Of a DNA stretch of 64,000 nt, positions 35,854 through 45,379 are shown piece after piece. Location of the stretch: NCBI GenBank assembly GCA_016182295.1, contig JACOXP010000007.1:11457-75456 (forward strand). Direction: 5' to 3'. Source of the DNA: Candidatus Harrisonbacteria bacterium (GTDB lineage: Bacteria > Patescibacteriota > Minisyncoccia > UBA6257 > WO2-44-18). The notes under the pieces were generated by a model that worked only from the letters and a program-made list of their open reading frames with translations, was not told the DNA's origin and did no database searches. Both the position numbers and the translations under genes were made by a program. Position 1 is the first letter of the stretch. Every line of letters begins with the position of its first letter.

Positions 35854-36360
35854 ATGAAAAAAACCGACTACCCCGTTCCGACGATTTTCAATGTCCGAGG
35901 AATCAGGGCTCGCGGCCCCTGGAAAACCAAGTCCAGCGGAAAGCTCAATGTGTTATTCGCAATGCCTCTGGCCGAAGTGCGAGACCGATTCTTGCACTAC
36001 CGAGATACCGAGATTTCCAAAATACCAAACGACATTTGCGGACTCCGGGCTTACACCGTTAACGATTTATCAAAGGGAAAAATTGGCGGCACCGAATGGC
36101 ATAGGATCCGCGAAGAAATAGTTTTTACCATTAATGGGTTGGTGCAATGGACTTGCGTGGATCTCTTTGGCGCTCGACGCGATTTTATTGTCAGTGTAGG
36201 CAATGGGATCTGGATACCGCCGTTTATTCTCCACACTTACGAAGTGTTGGAGAAAAATAGCAGGCTCCTGGTTATCGCGAACACCCTTTTTGATCCTGAT
36301 GATCACAGAACCCACGATACTTACTCACCAAAAAAGTTCCGTGAACTGATGGCGAAGTAA
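35854..36360 (+). CDS. Cupin-fold protein; possibly sugar ketoisomerase/epimerase-like
   Basis: GGTEWHRIREEIVFTINGLVQWTC...IPPFILHTYE is consistent with a cupin beta-barrel that has metal-binding His residues. Terminator at 36362..36398. Confidence 0.5.
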   Translation: MKKTDYPVPTIFNVRGIRARGPWKTKSSGKLNVLFAMPLAEVRDRFLHYRDTEISKIPNDICGLRAYTVNDLSKGKIGGTEWHRIREEIVFTINGLVQWTCVDLFGARRDFIVSVGNGIWIPPFILHTYEVLEKNSRLLVIANTLFDPDDHRTHDTYSPKKFRELMAK

Positions 36361-36446
36361 CGATAGCCGTCATCGCAAGATGACGGCTTTTTTTATAAAT
36401 CAAAAATCCCCGCCTCACAATCGGGGATTTTTGATTCAAGAGTATA

Positions 36447-36959
36447 TTACGTTTGCCTTGGTTCGGTTTCGTTTAAGATCGTGTCAGCCGCGACGTTGGG
36501 CTCGGCTTTCATCGCTCCTCGGAACAGCCAAATCATTCCGGCAACCACAGCCGCTGCTATCAACAATTGCGCTATCGGCAGTCGAACGGCGTTGCTTCCC
36601 CCCGTCGATTCCAAAAGATTTGCCGACTCCACTTCAAAATTCGGCGCGATTCCATCCGGATCCGCGACTACAAACTGGGGTTGCGTGGCTACTCCGTCCA
36701 ATTTCGCGAGTGTCAGATTAATCCCGGAAAGATTGGCGCTCATCGCCCCAAGAGCAGTGTTGACGGCTGTAGCCTGGGAAACGTCAAGGTTAGCAAGCGT
36801 TGTATCCAGTTGATTCAAAACCATCTGCAGCGCGTCCAAGGTCTGTTTCAAAATCACCAAGTTTTCGTCTAATTCCACGGCTTGCGCCGGTTTCGCTACC
36901 GCAAAAACAGCAAATCCCAAAAGAACACCAAACAAACAGGCAAAGATTTTTTTACCCAT
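36447..36959 (-). CDS. Secreted coiled-coil protein with a C-terminal TM anchor
   Basis: Signal peptide MGKKIFACLFGVLLGFAVFAVAKPAQA, Leu/Ala-rich heptads, and C-terminal IAQLLIAAAVVAGMIWLF. Confidence 0.5.
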   Translation of the reverse strand: MGKKIFACLFGVLLGFAVFAVAKPAQAVELDENLVILKQTLDALQMVLNQLDTTLANLDVSQATAVNTALGAMSANLSGINLTLAKLDGVATQPQFVVADPDGIAPNFEVESANLLESTGGSNAVRLPIAQLLIAAAVVAGMIWLFRGAMKAEPNVAADTILNETEPRQT

Positions 36960-37065
36960 AATTTTAAATGATCGACTTTATAAGCATCTTATAACAATCG
37001 CTTTTCTTAAAGCAATACCTCGGTCTTGAGACAAACCCCTCGGCAATGATAGTATAACTATTATA

Positions 37066-37920
37066 ATGGAAGAAATTTTATTTACAGCTTTGTCGGTATT
37101 TGTGGAATGGGTCTCTGGTAGCGGCCTGCGGGTGCTGGTTATTGTGGTCGCGGCGCTGGTGGTTTTAAGATTTGGCCGTATATTGATTGAAAAACTGATT
37201 CGCAAAATCGTTGTCGCTGACAGTTTTCTCGACAAGACGGCGGAAAAAAAACGCGAAAACACTTTAATTAAAGCTTTCGGCGGCGCCTTGCGAATTGGCG
37301 TTTTGTTAATCGCGTTCTTGATGGCGCTGTCCGAACTGGGACTGAACGTCGGGCCGATCCTGGCCGCCGCCGGAGTTGCCGGTCTTGCTATCGGTTTTGG
37401 CGGTCAATATCTCATACGAGATTTGATTTCCGGCCTTTTTATATTGATGGAAAACCAGTTTCGAGTCGGTGACGTAGTCTGCGTCAATGGCACCTGCGGC
37501 TTGGTTGAGGATATTAATCTGCGGCGGGTAATAATGAGAGACCTTGACGGCACCGTCCATAATATTCCCAATGGAGAAATTAAAATCGCTTCCAATTTAT
37601 CCAAGGAATTCGCCCGCGTCAATTTGGACATAGGCGTAAGCTACGATTCCGATCTCGCCAAAGTAATGAAAGTCGTGAACAAAGTTGGGAGTGATTTGGC
37701 GAATGATCCTGACTGGAAAATTTTTATTATTAAAGCGCCTCAATTCTTAAGAGTGGATAATTTTGCCGATTCCGCGATTATTATCAAAATCCTCGGCGAA
37801 ACCGAGCCGCTCAAGCAATGGGATGTTACCGGCGAGCTTCGCAAACGTTTGAAAATCGCTTTCGACAAAGAGGGCATAGAAATCCCCTTCCCTCAGAGAG
37901 TTGTCCGTCAGGTAAAATAA
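37066..37920 (+). CDS. mscS: Small-conductance mechanosensitive channel (MscS family)
   Basis: LIRDLISGLFILMENQFRVGDVVCVNGTCGLVEDINLRRVIMRDLDGTVHNIPNGEI is the MscS core. Confidence 0.85.
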   Translation: MEEILFTALSVFVEWVSGSGLRVLVIVVAALVVLRFGRILIEKLIRKIVVADSFLDKTAEKKRENTLIKAFGGALRIGVLLIAFLMALSELGLNVGPILAAAGVAGLAIGFGGQYLIRDLISGLFILMENQFRVGDVVCVNGTCGLVEDINLRRVIMRDLDGTVHNIPNGEIKIASNLSKEFARVNLDIGVSYDSDLAKVMKVVNKVGSDLANDPDWKIFIIKAPQFLRVDNFADSAIIIKILGETEPLKQWDVTGELRKRLKIAFDKEGIEIPFPQRVVRQVK

Positions 37921-37931
37921 GGATATTTTTG

Positions 37932-38004
37932 TCCCCTCGGAGGGAATCGAACCCCCATCAAGACCTTAGAAGAGTCCTGCTTTATCCATTAAGCTACGAG
38001 GGGC
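37932..38004 (-). tRNA. tRNA-Arg (anticodon TCT)
   Basis: Reverse complement is CCCCTCGTAGCTTAATGGATAAAGCAGGACTCTTCTAAGGTCT...GGGGGTTCGATTCCCTCCGAGGGGA. Confidence 0.75.
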
Positions 38005-38028
38005 CACGCCTACAAGCAGGCAGGCTGG

Positions 38029-38099
38029 TCGGACTGCTGGGAGTTGAACCCAGGCCACGTGCTCCCAAAGCACGTATACTACCGTTATACTACAGTCCG
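38029..38099 (-). tRNA. tRNA-Pro (anticodon TGG)
   Basis: Reverse complement is CGGACTGTAGTATAACGGTAGTATACGTGCTTTGGGAGCACG...CTGGGTTCAACTCCCAGCAGTCCGA. It has a C1:G72 pair and discriminator A73. Confidence 0.8.
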
Positions 38100-38705
38100 T
38101 TAGTTATTGAAGACGCGGTCGAACTCATCAAGGGCTCTTGTTGCCCGTTTATTGAGATCGTTGATAGCCTGCGCCTCATCATTAAGTTTATTAATTAAAT
38201 CATTAACTTGTCCATCCAAATAAGCTCTGCCAGGGTCATCAAACTTCGCCCGTAACGTCTCGAAAAGCCGGCTCATATAATCGCCGTAAAAAAGCAATCG
38301 GCTTACCAAAGCGACCTGGGCGGCCACCGCTTCGGTGGCAAATTCGCGGGCTCGCACCGGCCGGATTTGGCTAATATATTGAGCCATTTCCTCAAGTTGG
38401 GAAGAAAGGCGGATTGCTTCCACCTGGGTCTGGCGGTTTTCAATTACGGCGTTAGAGATGGAAATTAAAGCTTCGGAAACATTCCTTTGTCTGTCGAACC
38501 TGGAAACATCGCTCAATCGCGCCAAGTTATTGCGCGACAGCTCGACAATTTTTTCGGCAATAGCGGCGCCCTTGGCTCTTGCGGCGGAAAATTCCCACGG
38601 AATAAAATCCGGACGCAAAATTAAATAACGCGCTCCAAAGACAATAAGAGCGGCTATCACCGCCCCTAAAATATATTGCCATCTCACTATTTTATTAAGC
38701 TTCAT
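38100..38705 (-). CDS. Hypothetical membrane-anchored protein
   Basis: 201 aa with an N-terminal TM helix and a coiled-coil body. Confidence 0.45.
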   Translation of the reverse strand: MKLNKIVRWQYILGAVIAALIVFGARYLILRPDFIPWEFSAARAKGAAIAEKIVELSRNNLARLSDVSRFDRQRNVSEALISISNAVIENRQTQVEAIRLSSQLEEMAQYISQIRPVRAREFATEAVAAQVALVSRLLFYGDYMSRLFETLRAKFDDPGRAYLDGQVNDLINKLNDEAQAINDLNKRATRALDEFDRVFNN

Positions 38706-38778
38706 TTGGCTACTATTATCGTACTCATTTTTTTGATTTTTTCAAGTCCATTTTATTGAACCGGCTTTTATAGTATGG

Positions 38779-38784
38779 TATAAT
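38779..38784 (+). promoter_or_regulatory. Candidate -10 box TATAAT, 6 nt upstream of the GTG start of 38791..39462; possible leaderless transcript
   Basis: ggTATAATggtgctGTG. Confidence 0.3.
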
Positions 38785-38790
38785 GGTGCT

Positions 38791-39462
38791 GTGATTATTA
38801 ATTCTCTTTATAAAGATGCGCAAGCATTGAGAGATGCTGGCTATTCATATAATATGATCAGCGAAGAACTAGGAATAGCTAAAAGCACCCTTAGTAATTG
38901 GTTTAAAGATAGACCATTTAAGCCCAATAGTGCGGTAATAAAAAGAATTCAGCTTGGGCCAATGAAGAGCGCGGAGAAAAAACATAATAAGAAAGTGTCA
39001 GAAATAGAATATTTTAATCAACTCGGCATTCAAGAAGTCGGGTCTTTGACTCAAAGAGATCTTTGGTTGTTGGGACTTGGTTTATATATCGGAGAAGGAA
39101 CAAAATCGCACGAAATGATCAGAATTATCAATGCCAATCCCGCTGTTATTAAATTAGCTATAAAATGGTTTAAAGAAGTTTGTGGCTTATCTAACGAAAA
39201 TATTACTATTGCAATACATTTATATCCAGATAATAACGTAAAGCAGTGTCTTAATTTCTGGCATAACATAACCGGACTACCAAGAAACAACTTCAGGAAA
39301 ACCCAAATAGATCGCAGGACTAATAAATTAAGGATTAAAAATAAGAAACTTCCCTACGGTACAGCCAACCTTAGTATTATTAGTCGAGGTAATGTTGATA
39401 AAGGCGTTCGCCTTTGTCGACGTATACATGGATGGATGAATGGAGTATTATCACAAGCATGA
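38791..39462 (+). CDS. HTH-containing putative LAGLIDADG-like (single-motif) endonuclease
   Basis: N-terminal HTH ISEELGIAKSTLSNWFK, then LWLLGLGLYIGEGTK, which resembles a LAGLIDADG dodecapeptide. Stop lies 1 nt before tRNA-Gly. Confidence 0.45.
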   Translation: MIINSLYKDAQALRDAGYSYNMISEELGIAKSTLSNWFKDRPFKPNSAVIKRIQLGPMKSAEKKHNKKVSEIEYFNQLGIQEVGSLTQRDLWLLGLGLYIGEGTKSHEMIRIINANPAVIKLAIKWFKEVCGLSNENITIAIHLYPDNNVKQCLNFWHNITGLPRNNFRKTQIDRRTNKLRIKNKKLPYGTANLSIISRGNVDKGVRLCRRIHGWMNGVLSQA

Positions 39463-39463
39463 T

Positions 39464-39534
39464 GCGGGTATAGTATAGTGGCATTATGTCAGGTTTCCAA
39501 CCTGAAGACACGGGTTCGAGTCCCGTTACCCGCT
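39464..39534 (+). tRNA. tRNA-Gly (anticodon TCC)
   Basis: GCGGGTA acceptor, anticodon loop TTTCCAA, T-arm ACGGGTTCGAGTCCCGT, discriminator U73. Confidence 0.8.
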
Positions 39535-39614
39535 CACAAGTCTAATTCGCAAGGCAGACGATCGCCAAATCTGATTTGTATGGGACGTTATTTAGAAATA
39601 AAAAACTCCCGACG

Positions 39615-41063
39615 TTATGTCGAGAGTGTTTGATCGTCTAGATCTTTTTTGTAAAATTTAATCTGTTTCTCGCCGTTGACTTCTTCCAACTTAACCACGA
39701 CCGTATCGGCCAGTTTGATCTCATCAGACTCGACCATTCGAGCGATTTTGGTTCTGATAAATTTTTCCAAGCAATCTTCAAGAGCTTGAGCGCCAAACTC
39801 GCTCTTTTTTACGGAGAGATCAACGAGGTGGTTCATCGCCTCTTGATCTACTTTTAACCCAAAGGGTAATTTCGATTTGGCCAAATCATCATTTAAGTTA
39901 CGAATTAGAAGCTTAAAAATCCTGATAAGGTGCTGGGGTTCGAGTGGTTGAAAGATGACAATTTTATTTACCCGATTCGTAAGCTCAGACGGCAATTTTT
40001 CCCTAAATTTTTCGATAATGCTGTTACGGATCACGTCATCGCGTTTTCTGGAGTCGACTTCATGCGAACTGTCGGCCTGAAAACCCATATGTTTGCTCAT
40101 TTCAGCAATTTCTTCGGCGATAACTTTGCCGATGATTATAATAAAAGAATTTTTGAAACTAGTCGTCTGTTTTTCAGAAATTTGCAGTTGGCCCGTCTCC
40201 ATAATTTCCAACAAAATGTTGAGCAGCACCGGATGCGAGTTTTCGATTTTATCAAAGACAACAATTGAAGTTAAATTCTTGGGTGGATTGCTGGGCTCGT
40301 AAACCCAACCGAAACGGCACATTTCTTCTAGTCTCTTAAAAACACCATCGAGTTCAGAAAGTTCCTTGTTGAAACTTATCAACTCATCGGCCATTTTTTT
40401 TCTTTTCCCTTCCAAAAGGGCGGCTTCCGCTTGTAAATTAGTAATCTCGTCGTCAATCTTCTGGGCTTCGTCATCGAAATTTTCTTGACGTTCTAAAACT
40501 AATTCTTTCATCGCCGTTTCTTTATTTTTAATCTCATCACTTAGAGAACGGATTTCCTCGCCAATTTCCTTGGCTTTCTGCTTAACGTTAAGCAATTCTT
40601 GGCATCTTTTGATAGTCCTGCCGATTTCCTCTTTGTGTTCCCGAGCAAGGTATTTGTGATGATGCCTGTCAAGATTCCATTGGCTCAAGGCCGGATAAGA
40701 AGCAAGTTGTTCAATTTCTTGGGCTTGGGCCTCGTCATCAATATCAGAGTCAATCTCAGAGGAATCGGAAAGATTGGAGCAGGTAATCCTGGTAAATGCT
40801 TGCGGGTCTCCGAATAGCAACTTGGCCAGCATCTCCGGCACACGAATCTTTCCAACCCCAGTTGGTCCAAGAAATAGCACGGAAAAAACAGGGCGGCTAC
40901 GATTCCTCGCTGGAGAAGAATAATTCTCAAGCGCCTCAACCAAAGCTTCAACCGCCCCATCTTGACCGATAATCTCTTCCTGTAGAAATCCAATTACCTT
41001 TTTCATCCTCTTGCTAATCTTTTTGTCATCGAGGTGGATCAACTTCCTTTCTTTGCCTTCCAT
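39615..41063 (-). CDS. ClpB/ClpA D2-like AAA+ protein with a degenerate active site and a ~170-aa coiled-coil insertion
   Basis: VLFLGPTGVGKI (Walker A with GKT changed to GKI). SIVVFDKIENSHPVLLNILLEIMETGQL (Walker B DE changed to DK). The sensor-1 TSN is lost and the sensor-2 Arg is Gln in GAQALED. A C-terminal ClpB_D2-small-like domain is present. Confidence 0.75.
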   Translation of the reverse strand: MEGKERKLIHLDDKKISKRMKKVIGFLQEEIIGQDGAVEALVEALENYSSPARNRSRPVFSVLFLGPTGVGKIRVPEMLAKLLFGDPQAFTRITCSNLSDSSEIDSDIDDEAQAQEIEQLASYPALSQWNLDRHHHKYLAREHKEEIGRTIKRCQELLNVKQKAKEIGEEIRSLSDEIKNKETAMKELVLERQENFDDEAQKIDDEITNLQAEAALLEGKRKKMADELISFNKELSELDGVFKRLEEMCRFGWVYEPSNPPKNLTSIVVFDKIENSHPVLLNILLEIMETGQLQISEKQTTSFKNSFIIIIGKVIAEEIAEMSKHMGFQADSSHEVDSRKRDDVIRNSIIEKFREKLPSELTNRVNKIVIFQPLEPQHLIRIFKLLIRNLNDDLAKSKLPFGLKVDQEAMNHLVDLSVKKSEFGAQALEDCLEKFIRTKIARMVESDEIKLADTVVVKLEEVNGEKQIKFYKKDLDDQTLST

Positions 41064-41102
41064 ATTCTTCTCCTGTTAATGTCCTACTTTTCAGAGTATA
41101 CC

Positions 41103-41143
41103 AATAAAAAAACCCCGACAAGAGTCAACTCTTGTCGGGGGGT
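41103..41143. terminator. Rho-independent terminator between 41150..43117 and 39615..41063
   Basis: ccccgacaagagt-caa-ctcttgtcgggg, followed on the minus strand by a T7 run. Confidence 0.6.
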
Positions 41144-41149
41144 ATAACA

Positions 41150-43117
41150 TTACTGCATTTCCTTGAGATAAGCATCGAAGTCTTTTAAGACTTCGGCGTT
41201 TCCGGTTTCCAAATCTATCGTTGGCAGAGCGCGAAAGCTGGCTTCGCTTTCGATAATCCGCTGATTCGCGAATCTAACTTTGAGTAAGCCAACTCCGAAA
41301 TCAACGGTTTTCAATTTATCATCTTCAAAACCGCTGCGCTGTTTGATAGTACCGACCTGAAGACAAACTCTTTGCCCTGTTTCAAATCGCCACTCGTTAA
41401 CAGCTTCCGCGGTATGAAAATTAGCGCCGAAGACCACATGGCTATCCACCTTGGCCAACATTTCCTGCGGTCGTATGGACGGCGTCTTGGTCCGCGCCAT
41501 AGAAGGGTGAAGTAACGCAATTGAAAGCCCAGAGGGAAGTATGTGCTTTTCCCCTCGGCCGAGTCGGATAATTTTCCGGCTCGCAATGCCCAATAAATCG
41601 CCGTTATTGTAACTGATCTTGCGCTTCGCAAGCACCTTGCTAATGCCCTTCACCAAATAGAGTTTGAGGTCGCTCTGGAAAATTTCCAGAGAGTCAAACC
41701 CAGCCGGAAGGGTCCATTCACAATGGTTGCCTGGGATATAAACAAAGGTCAAAAGCGCTTTCTCGATCAACTTAACCAGTTGGTCGCTGTTTGGCTTTCC
41801 CTTAGCTTCTTCTAAGACTTCTGCCAATCTGGGCTCGAAAACTTTCAACATTGCCGTGCCAACGAGATAGGCAGCGAGTTTTTCCTGCTTTGTGTAATTG
41901 AAAACGTATTTAGCGCTTCCAAGCACTTCATTTCTGAGAAGCAAATCATGCTTCAGCCCCTCAACAAAGTCGCCGACGCCGACAAAATAATTAAGCTTGT
42001 TAGCCAGGATAATTTGGGGAACAACGTCTCGGAAAAATCTCATATCGGTATGGCGGCATCCGGCATGGAGACATCCAAAAGCGCAGAAAGAATCCTCCTG
42101 TAATTTTGTTTCCAAAGCCGGATAGCGAAGTTTTTTCTGAAACCAACCCAAATCAAAATAGTATCGTTTGGAGGCCTCATCTTCGCCAAGCTTGGGCCAA
42201 GAAAAGCTGACTTCTTTCCTGCAAAGATTATCTAATTCTCTTTTGAGTTCGTTGCGATTAATGTTGATTTCGTCCCGCAGCTGGCCGAGAGTAAGCGGAC
42301 CGCGTTTTTTTAATTCTTCAACGCAGATTTTTTGAATCTCCGTTGAATAAGGCGGCGCTTGTACCAAGGCCCACTCGCCCGAAACCAAATCTTTGAAATT
42401 GATAATCGTCCAGGACGCTTCTTTGGCGTTCAGAGTAGTTGATTCTAAAATGCAAATACCAATCTGGTTTTCCACAATCCGCGTTTCGTCAACTTTGGAA
42501 AGAGCGGGCAAGGTAAAATACGGCCTTTTGATTTCAGTGGCGTCTCCCGGGTTAAAAACCGAAACGCCGAGACCGCCGACAACGTTGATGTTGCCAAGAC
42601 CTCTTGTGCCTCGCTTCAATTCATCTTTCAAAACCCGCAAAGCTGGCGTGTCATAATAATCACCCCTCATCCACACGCCTCTCTTGGGAGCATAAGCTCC
42701 AAGAATTTCACCCAATTGTTTGATTTCCAAACGGTCGCCGCCGGCTCGGTAAAGACGTATATCTCGTCGCGTTTCAACCAAACGGCGCGCCACAGCTTCG
42801 CCAATCCAACCATCATAGGCGGGACTTGTAATAATATGCAATTTAATTTCTGGAATTACCGGGATCGCTTTTTTAAGCTTGTCAACGATGTCTTGAATAA
42901 AAGTTTCTTCCACTTCCTTTCGCGCATCACCTTTTTTCCCGCGGCGATCAATTTCCAATTTACTGTAAAGTGACTTGAAATCCACCAGACCGCCTATCAA
43001 GACATTGTAGTGCGTCTTTCTCTTAATGAAATAGTTTGTGGCTAACTCCCAAAGACCCTCTCGGTATCCCGGGCCACCGTAATCCAGGCGCGACACCAGG
43101 CCGATTCTTACTGACAT
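41150..43117 (-). CDS. Large hypothetical protein with a C-terminal calcineurin-like metallophosphoesterase-type motif set (atypical)
   Basis: 655 aa with a GAAGGAGGAG Shine-Dalgarno. C-half carries AFGCLHAG, VGVGDFVEG, YIPGNHCEW and HVVFGANFH, resembling MPP motifs I, II, III and VI with substitutions. N-half is uncharacterised and possibly a degenerate second MPP-like domain. Confidence 0.55.
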   Translation of the reverse strand: MSVRIGLVSRLDYGGPGYREGLWELATNYFIKRKTHYNVLIGGLVDFKSLYSKLEIDRRGKKGDARKEVEETFIQDIVDKLKKAIPVIPEIKLHIITSPAYDGWIGEAVARRLVETRRDIRLYRAGGDRLEIKQLGEILGAYAPKRGVWMRGDYYDTPALRVLKDELKRGTRGLGNINVVGGLGVSVFNPGDATEIKRPYFTLPALSKVDETRIVENQIGICILESTTLNAKEASWTIINFKDLVSGEWALVQAPPYSTEIQKICVEELKKRGPLTLGQLRDEININRNELKRELDNLCRKEVSFSWPKLGEDEASKRYYFDLGWFQKKLRYPALETKLQEDSFCAFGCLHAGCRHTDMRFFRDVVPQIILANKLNYFVGVGDFVEGLKHDLLLRNEVLGSAKYVFNYTKQEKLAAYLVGTAMLKVFEPRLAEVLEEAKGKPNSDQLVKLIEKALLTFVYIPGNHCEWTLPAGFDSLEIFQSDLKLYLVKGISKVLAKRKISYNNGDLLGIASRKIIRLGRGEKHILPSGLSIALLHPSMARTKTPSIRPQEMLAKVDSHVVFGANFHTAEAVNEWRFETGQRVCLQVGTIKQRSGFEDDKLKTVDFGVGLLKVRFANQRIIESEASFRALPTIDLETGNAEVLKDFDAYLKEMQ

Positions 43118-43206
43118 AGAACTCCTCCTTCTTTCTTGTTTTAAACGAACAACGACTGTTTATAGTATTAAGCAAAATAAAAAAAGGGTCAACAAACGTT
43201 GACCCT

Positions 43207-43728
43207 TTATGGATGCCAAATGGAAACTTGTCGTTCGTCATTAAAATCTTTCTGGTTACCCACCGGCCACTCGAATCCAAATCGTTTCGCCGCCTTGTAA
43301 ATGGTATTAATGTTTATTTCGGGAAACTTTGACTCCAACCATTTGTGGGGATTGCTGTGATTTTTTGCTTTTTTCAACGCTTTTCTTAATCGTTCTTTTT
43401 CTTCATCCGGCCACCAACGATGATCCGTTCTTTTAAGACCCTGGACGGCGGCATGACCCACAAGACTGCCTTTATTTCTTCCAGGAAAAGATTTCAAGAG
43501 TTCCGGCCAGGAAGCGGTTGTGTATTGCTTTTTGAAATCGGCGTTTTCTTTATCAGACCAAAATACATACTCGCGTTTTCTTTTTAAATGCAAATGGTTG
43601 CGGGCGCGAAGATTAATAGCCGTCCAGCTTCTTCCGGGAAGCCGCGCTTCTATGACGTTTCGCGGTGCTTTTTCAAAAACAGCAATCAAAATAACGTCCT
43701 CTTTTTTCACCCATGGCTTTTTAATCAT
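43207..43728 (-). CDS. Hypothetical Trp-rich protein
   Basis: ORF 43207..43791 trimmed to MIKKPWVKKEDV. Terminator at 43172..43205. Confidence 0.45.
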   Translation of the reverse strand: MIKKPWVKKEDVILIAVFEKAPRNVIEARLPGRSWTAINLRARNHLHLKRKREYVFWSDKENADFKKQYTTASWPELLKSFPGRNKGSLVGHAAVQGLKRTDHRWWPDEEKERLRKALKKAKNHSNPHKWLESKFPEININTIYKAAKRFGFEWPVGNQKDFNDERQVSIWHP

Positions 43729-43798
43729 TATTTCTCTCCCAAAGTTCTGCGGAAATCTTATCAAAGAAAAAATCTTGGCGCAAGCCCTCATTTGTCTA

Positions 43799-44917
43799 TC
43801 AGTAAAGAGAGTTTAATAATTCTAAAGTTTTCGGTCCCACGAAACCAGTCGGGGAAATTCCATATTTCTTTTGCAGAGCGATAACCCCCCTGTGGGTGCA
43901 GTTGAAGAAATTGCCCGTCGGGCCGCAGCCGTAAACTTCCTCGGCCATTAAGGCGAGTTGGAGCGCGAAAATATCAGGATCGGCGCGCAGGCCGATGCCG
44001 ACCCCGTTTCTCCAGATATACGGCAAGATTGAGCTCTCTACCGAATCATCATTGGGATCGAGATATTTTTTAATTCCAAGAAAAGTTTGGTAGGCAAGCT
44101 CCTGAACCGCCATCGGACGGACGTCGACGTCGATAAACTGCGTTTCGTAAATATAGCCGTATTCTATCAAAAGCGCCGGATTATAAAGCGAACCGCTGGC
44201 GCCAAGCGCGATCAGATCGGGATCTTCAATGATGCCGGTGGATTCTTTGGGAAAATCACTAACCGTAAAATATTTTTTCAGCCGTTCGAAAATTGATTTG
44301 GCCAACTCGCCGCTCGCTCTTCCGTTGGGCAGCTGGCGATCGGGCGTGTAGATGGCAAAACCGGTGTATTTTCCGGGAAAAGCGCGAAGTCGGCCCGGAT
44401 AATCATTGAAATGAACATGCAAAACCAGATCCACTGAATTTCGTCCAACCCAATAATTAATGCCATAAAGCTTTATCGAGTCCTCGGACGAGACGCTGAC
44501 ATGAGCGACCGGCGCCTCAGTGTCTTTCAGCAATCCCCCGCCGACAAGCTCGCGATGGACTTTTTTAACTCGATCTCGAAATTCGGTGACTTCGCTTCTG
44601 CCTTCCTGAAATAGATCGACTAAGTATGGTTGGTAGCCGTTTTCATCGCGGGTAAGGATTACTTGAAAACGCGGATCGGTTTCCAAAAATCTTTTTAATT
44701 CCTGCGCCAGCTTTACATTGAGGTCGGCCTCTAGAAGACCGCGGTAAACGGCGCCGTTTTTCGTTTCGTCATCGTGACCCGGGACAATCAAAACCCGAAA
44801 CGAATATTTTTCGTACTTGTTTTTCAGAGTTTCCGATGTGTAAATCTCCGGATAAATAACCAACGCTCCGGCAGTCAGCGGCAAAAGAATCAAAAATAGC
44901 AAAAGGGGCTTCATCAT
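43799..44917 (-). CDS. N-acetylmuramoyl-L-alanine amidase (Amidase_3) with a C-terminal peptidoglycan-binding domain
   Basis: Signal peptide, then VLIVPGHDDETKNGAVYRGLLEADLNVKLAQEL (Amidase_3). C-terminal ...GVIALQKKYGISPTGFVGPKTLELL is a PG_binding_1-like domain. Confidence 0.75.
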   Translation of the reverse strand: MMKPLLLFLILLPLTAGALVIYPEIYTSETLKNKYEKYSFRVLIVPGHDDETKNGAVYRGLLEADLNVKLAQELKRFLETDPRFQVILTRDENGYQPYLVDLFQEGRSEVTEFRDRVKKVHRELVGGGLLKDTEAPVAHVSVSSEDSIKLYGINYWVGRNSVDLVLHVHFNDYPGRLRAFPGKYTGFAIYTPDRQLPNGRASGELAKSIFERLKKYFTVSDFPKESTGIIEDPDLIALGASGSLYNPALLIEYGYIYETQFIDVDVRPMAVQELAYQTFLGIKKYLDPNDDSVESSILPYIWRNGVGIGLRADPDIFALQLALMAEEVYGCGPTGNFFNCTHRGVIALQKKYGISPTGFVGPKTLELLNSLY

Positions 44918-45016
44918 TTCATTTTAACATTTATTTCATAAGCGGAAATACAAATACTTGATTTATCAACTGGTAATTTGGTAGTCTGTGGTCAACGAAT
45001 TAAAAGGAGGCGAAAG

Positions 45017-45214
45017 ATGTTGCCCAAGCGGAAAAAGAAGAAGAGCCGAGAGATTCGATTCACGGTGTGTAAGGGCTGTGATTCACAAATTGATGACATG
45101 GGTTGCGGTATGAGCTGTCAATATGATACCAACAGCTTTGGAGATCGTGACCCGGCAACAATGCAAGTTGAGGTGTATGTGCTCGACAGAATTGAGCCCT
45201 ACAAGGACCCGTAA
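45017..45214 (+). CDS. Small Cys-rich protein
   Basis: AAAGGAGG Shine-Dalgarno. MLPKRKKKKSREIRFTVCKGCDSQIDDMGCGMSCQ... Terminator hairpin downstream. Confidence 0.45.
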   Translation: MLPKRKKKKSREIRFTVCKGCDSQIDDMGCGMSCQYDTNSFGDRDPATMQVEVYVLDRIEPYKDP

Positions 45215-45379
45215 TGTAACGGGTCTTTTTATTTCTTTGTCCTTCCGAAGCCTTGGCGGAGGAGGAATACTCCGCCAGTCCGTTTTAAAATATCGAAAAA
45301 ATGGCCAAAGACCACAACGCACATTGTAATAGTTTTCATTTTAGATTACTATTCAAATAGTTCTTTTACGGAGCTGCTA

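Noticed and set aside
36481-36872. Plus-strand ORFs 36481..36813 and 36567..36872
   Set aside because: Antisense to the signal-peptide-bearing secreted coiled-coil gene 36447..36959.
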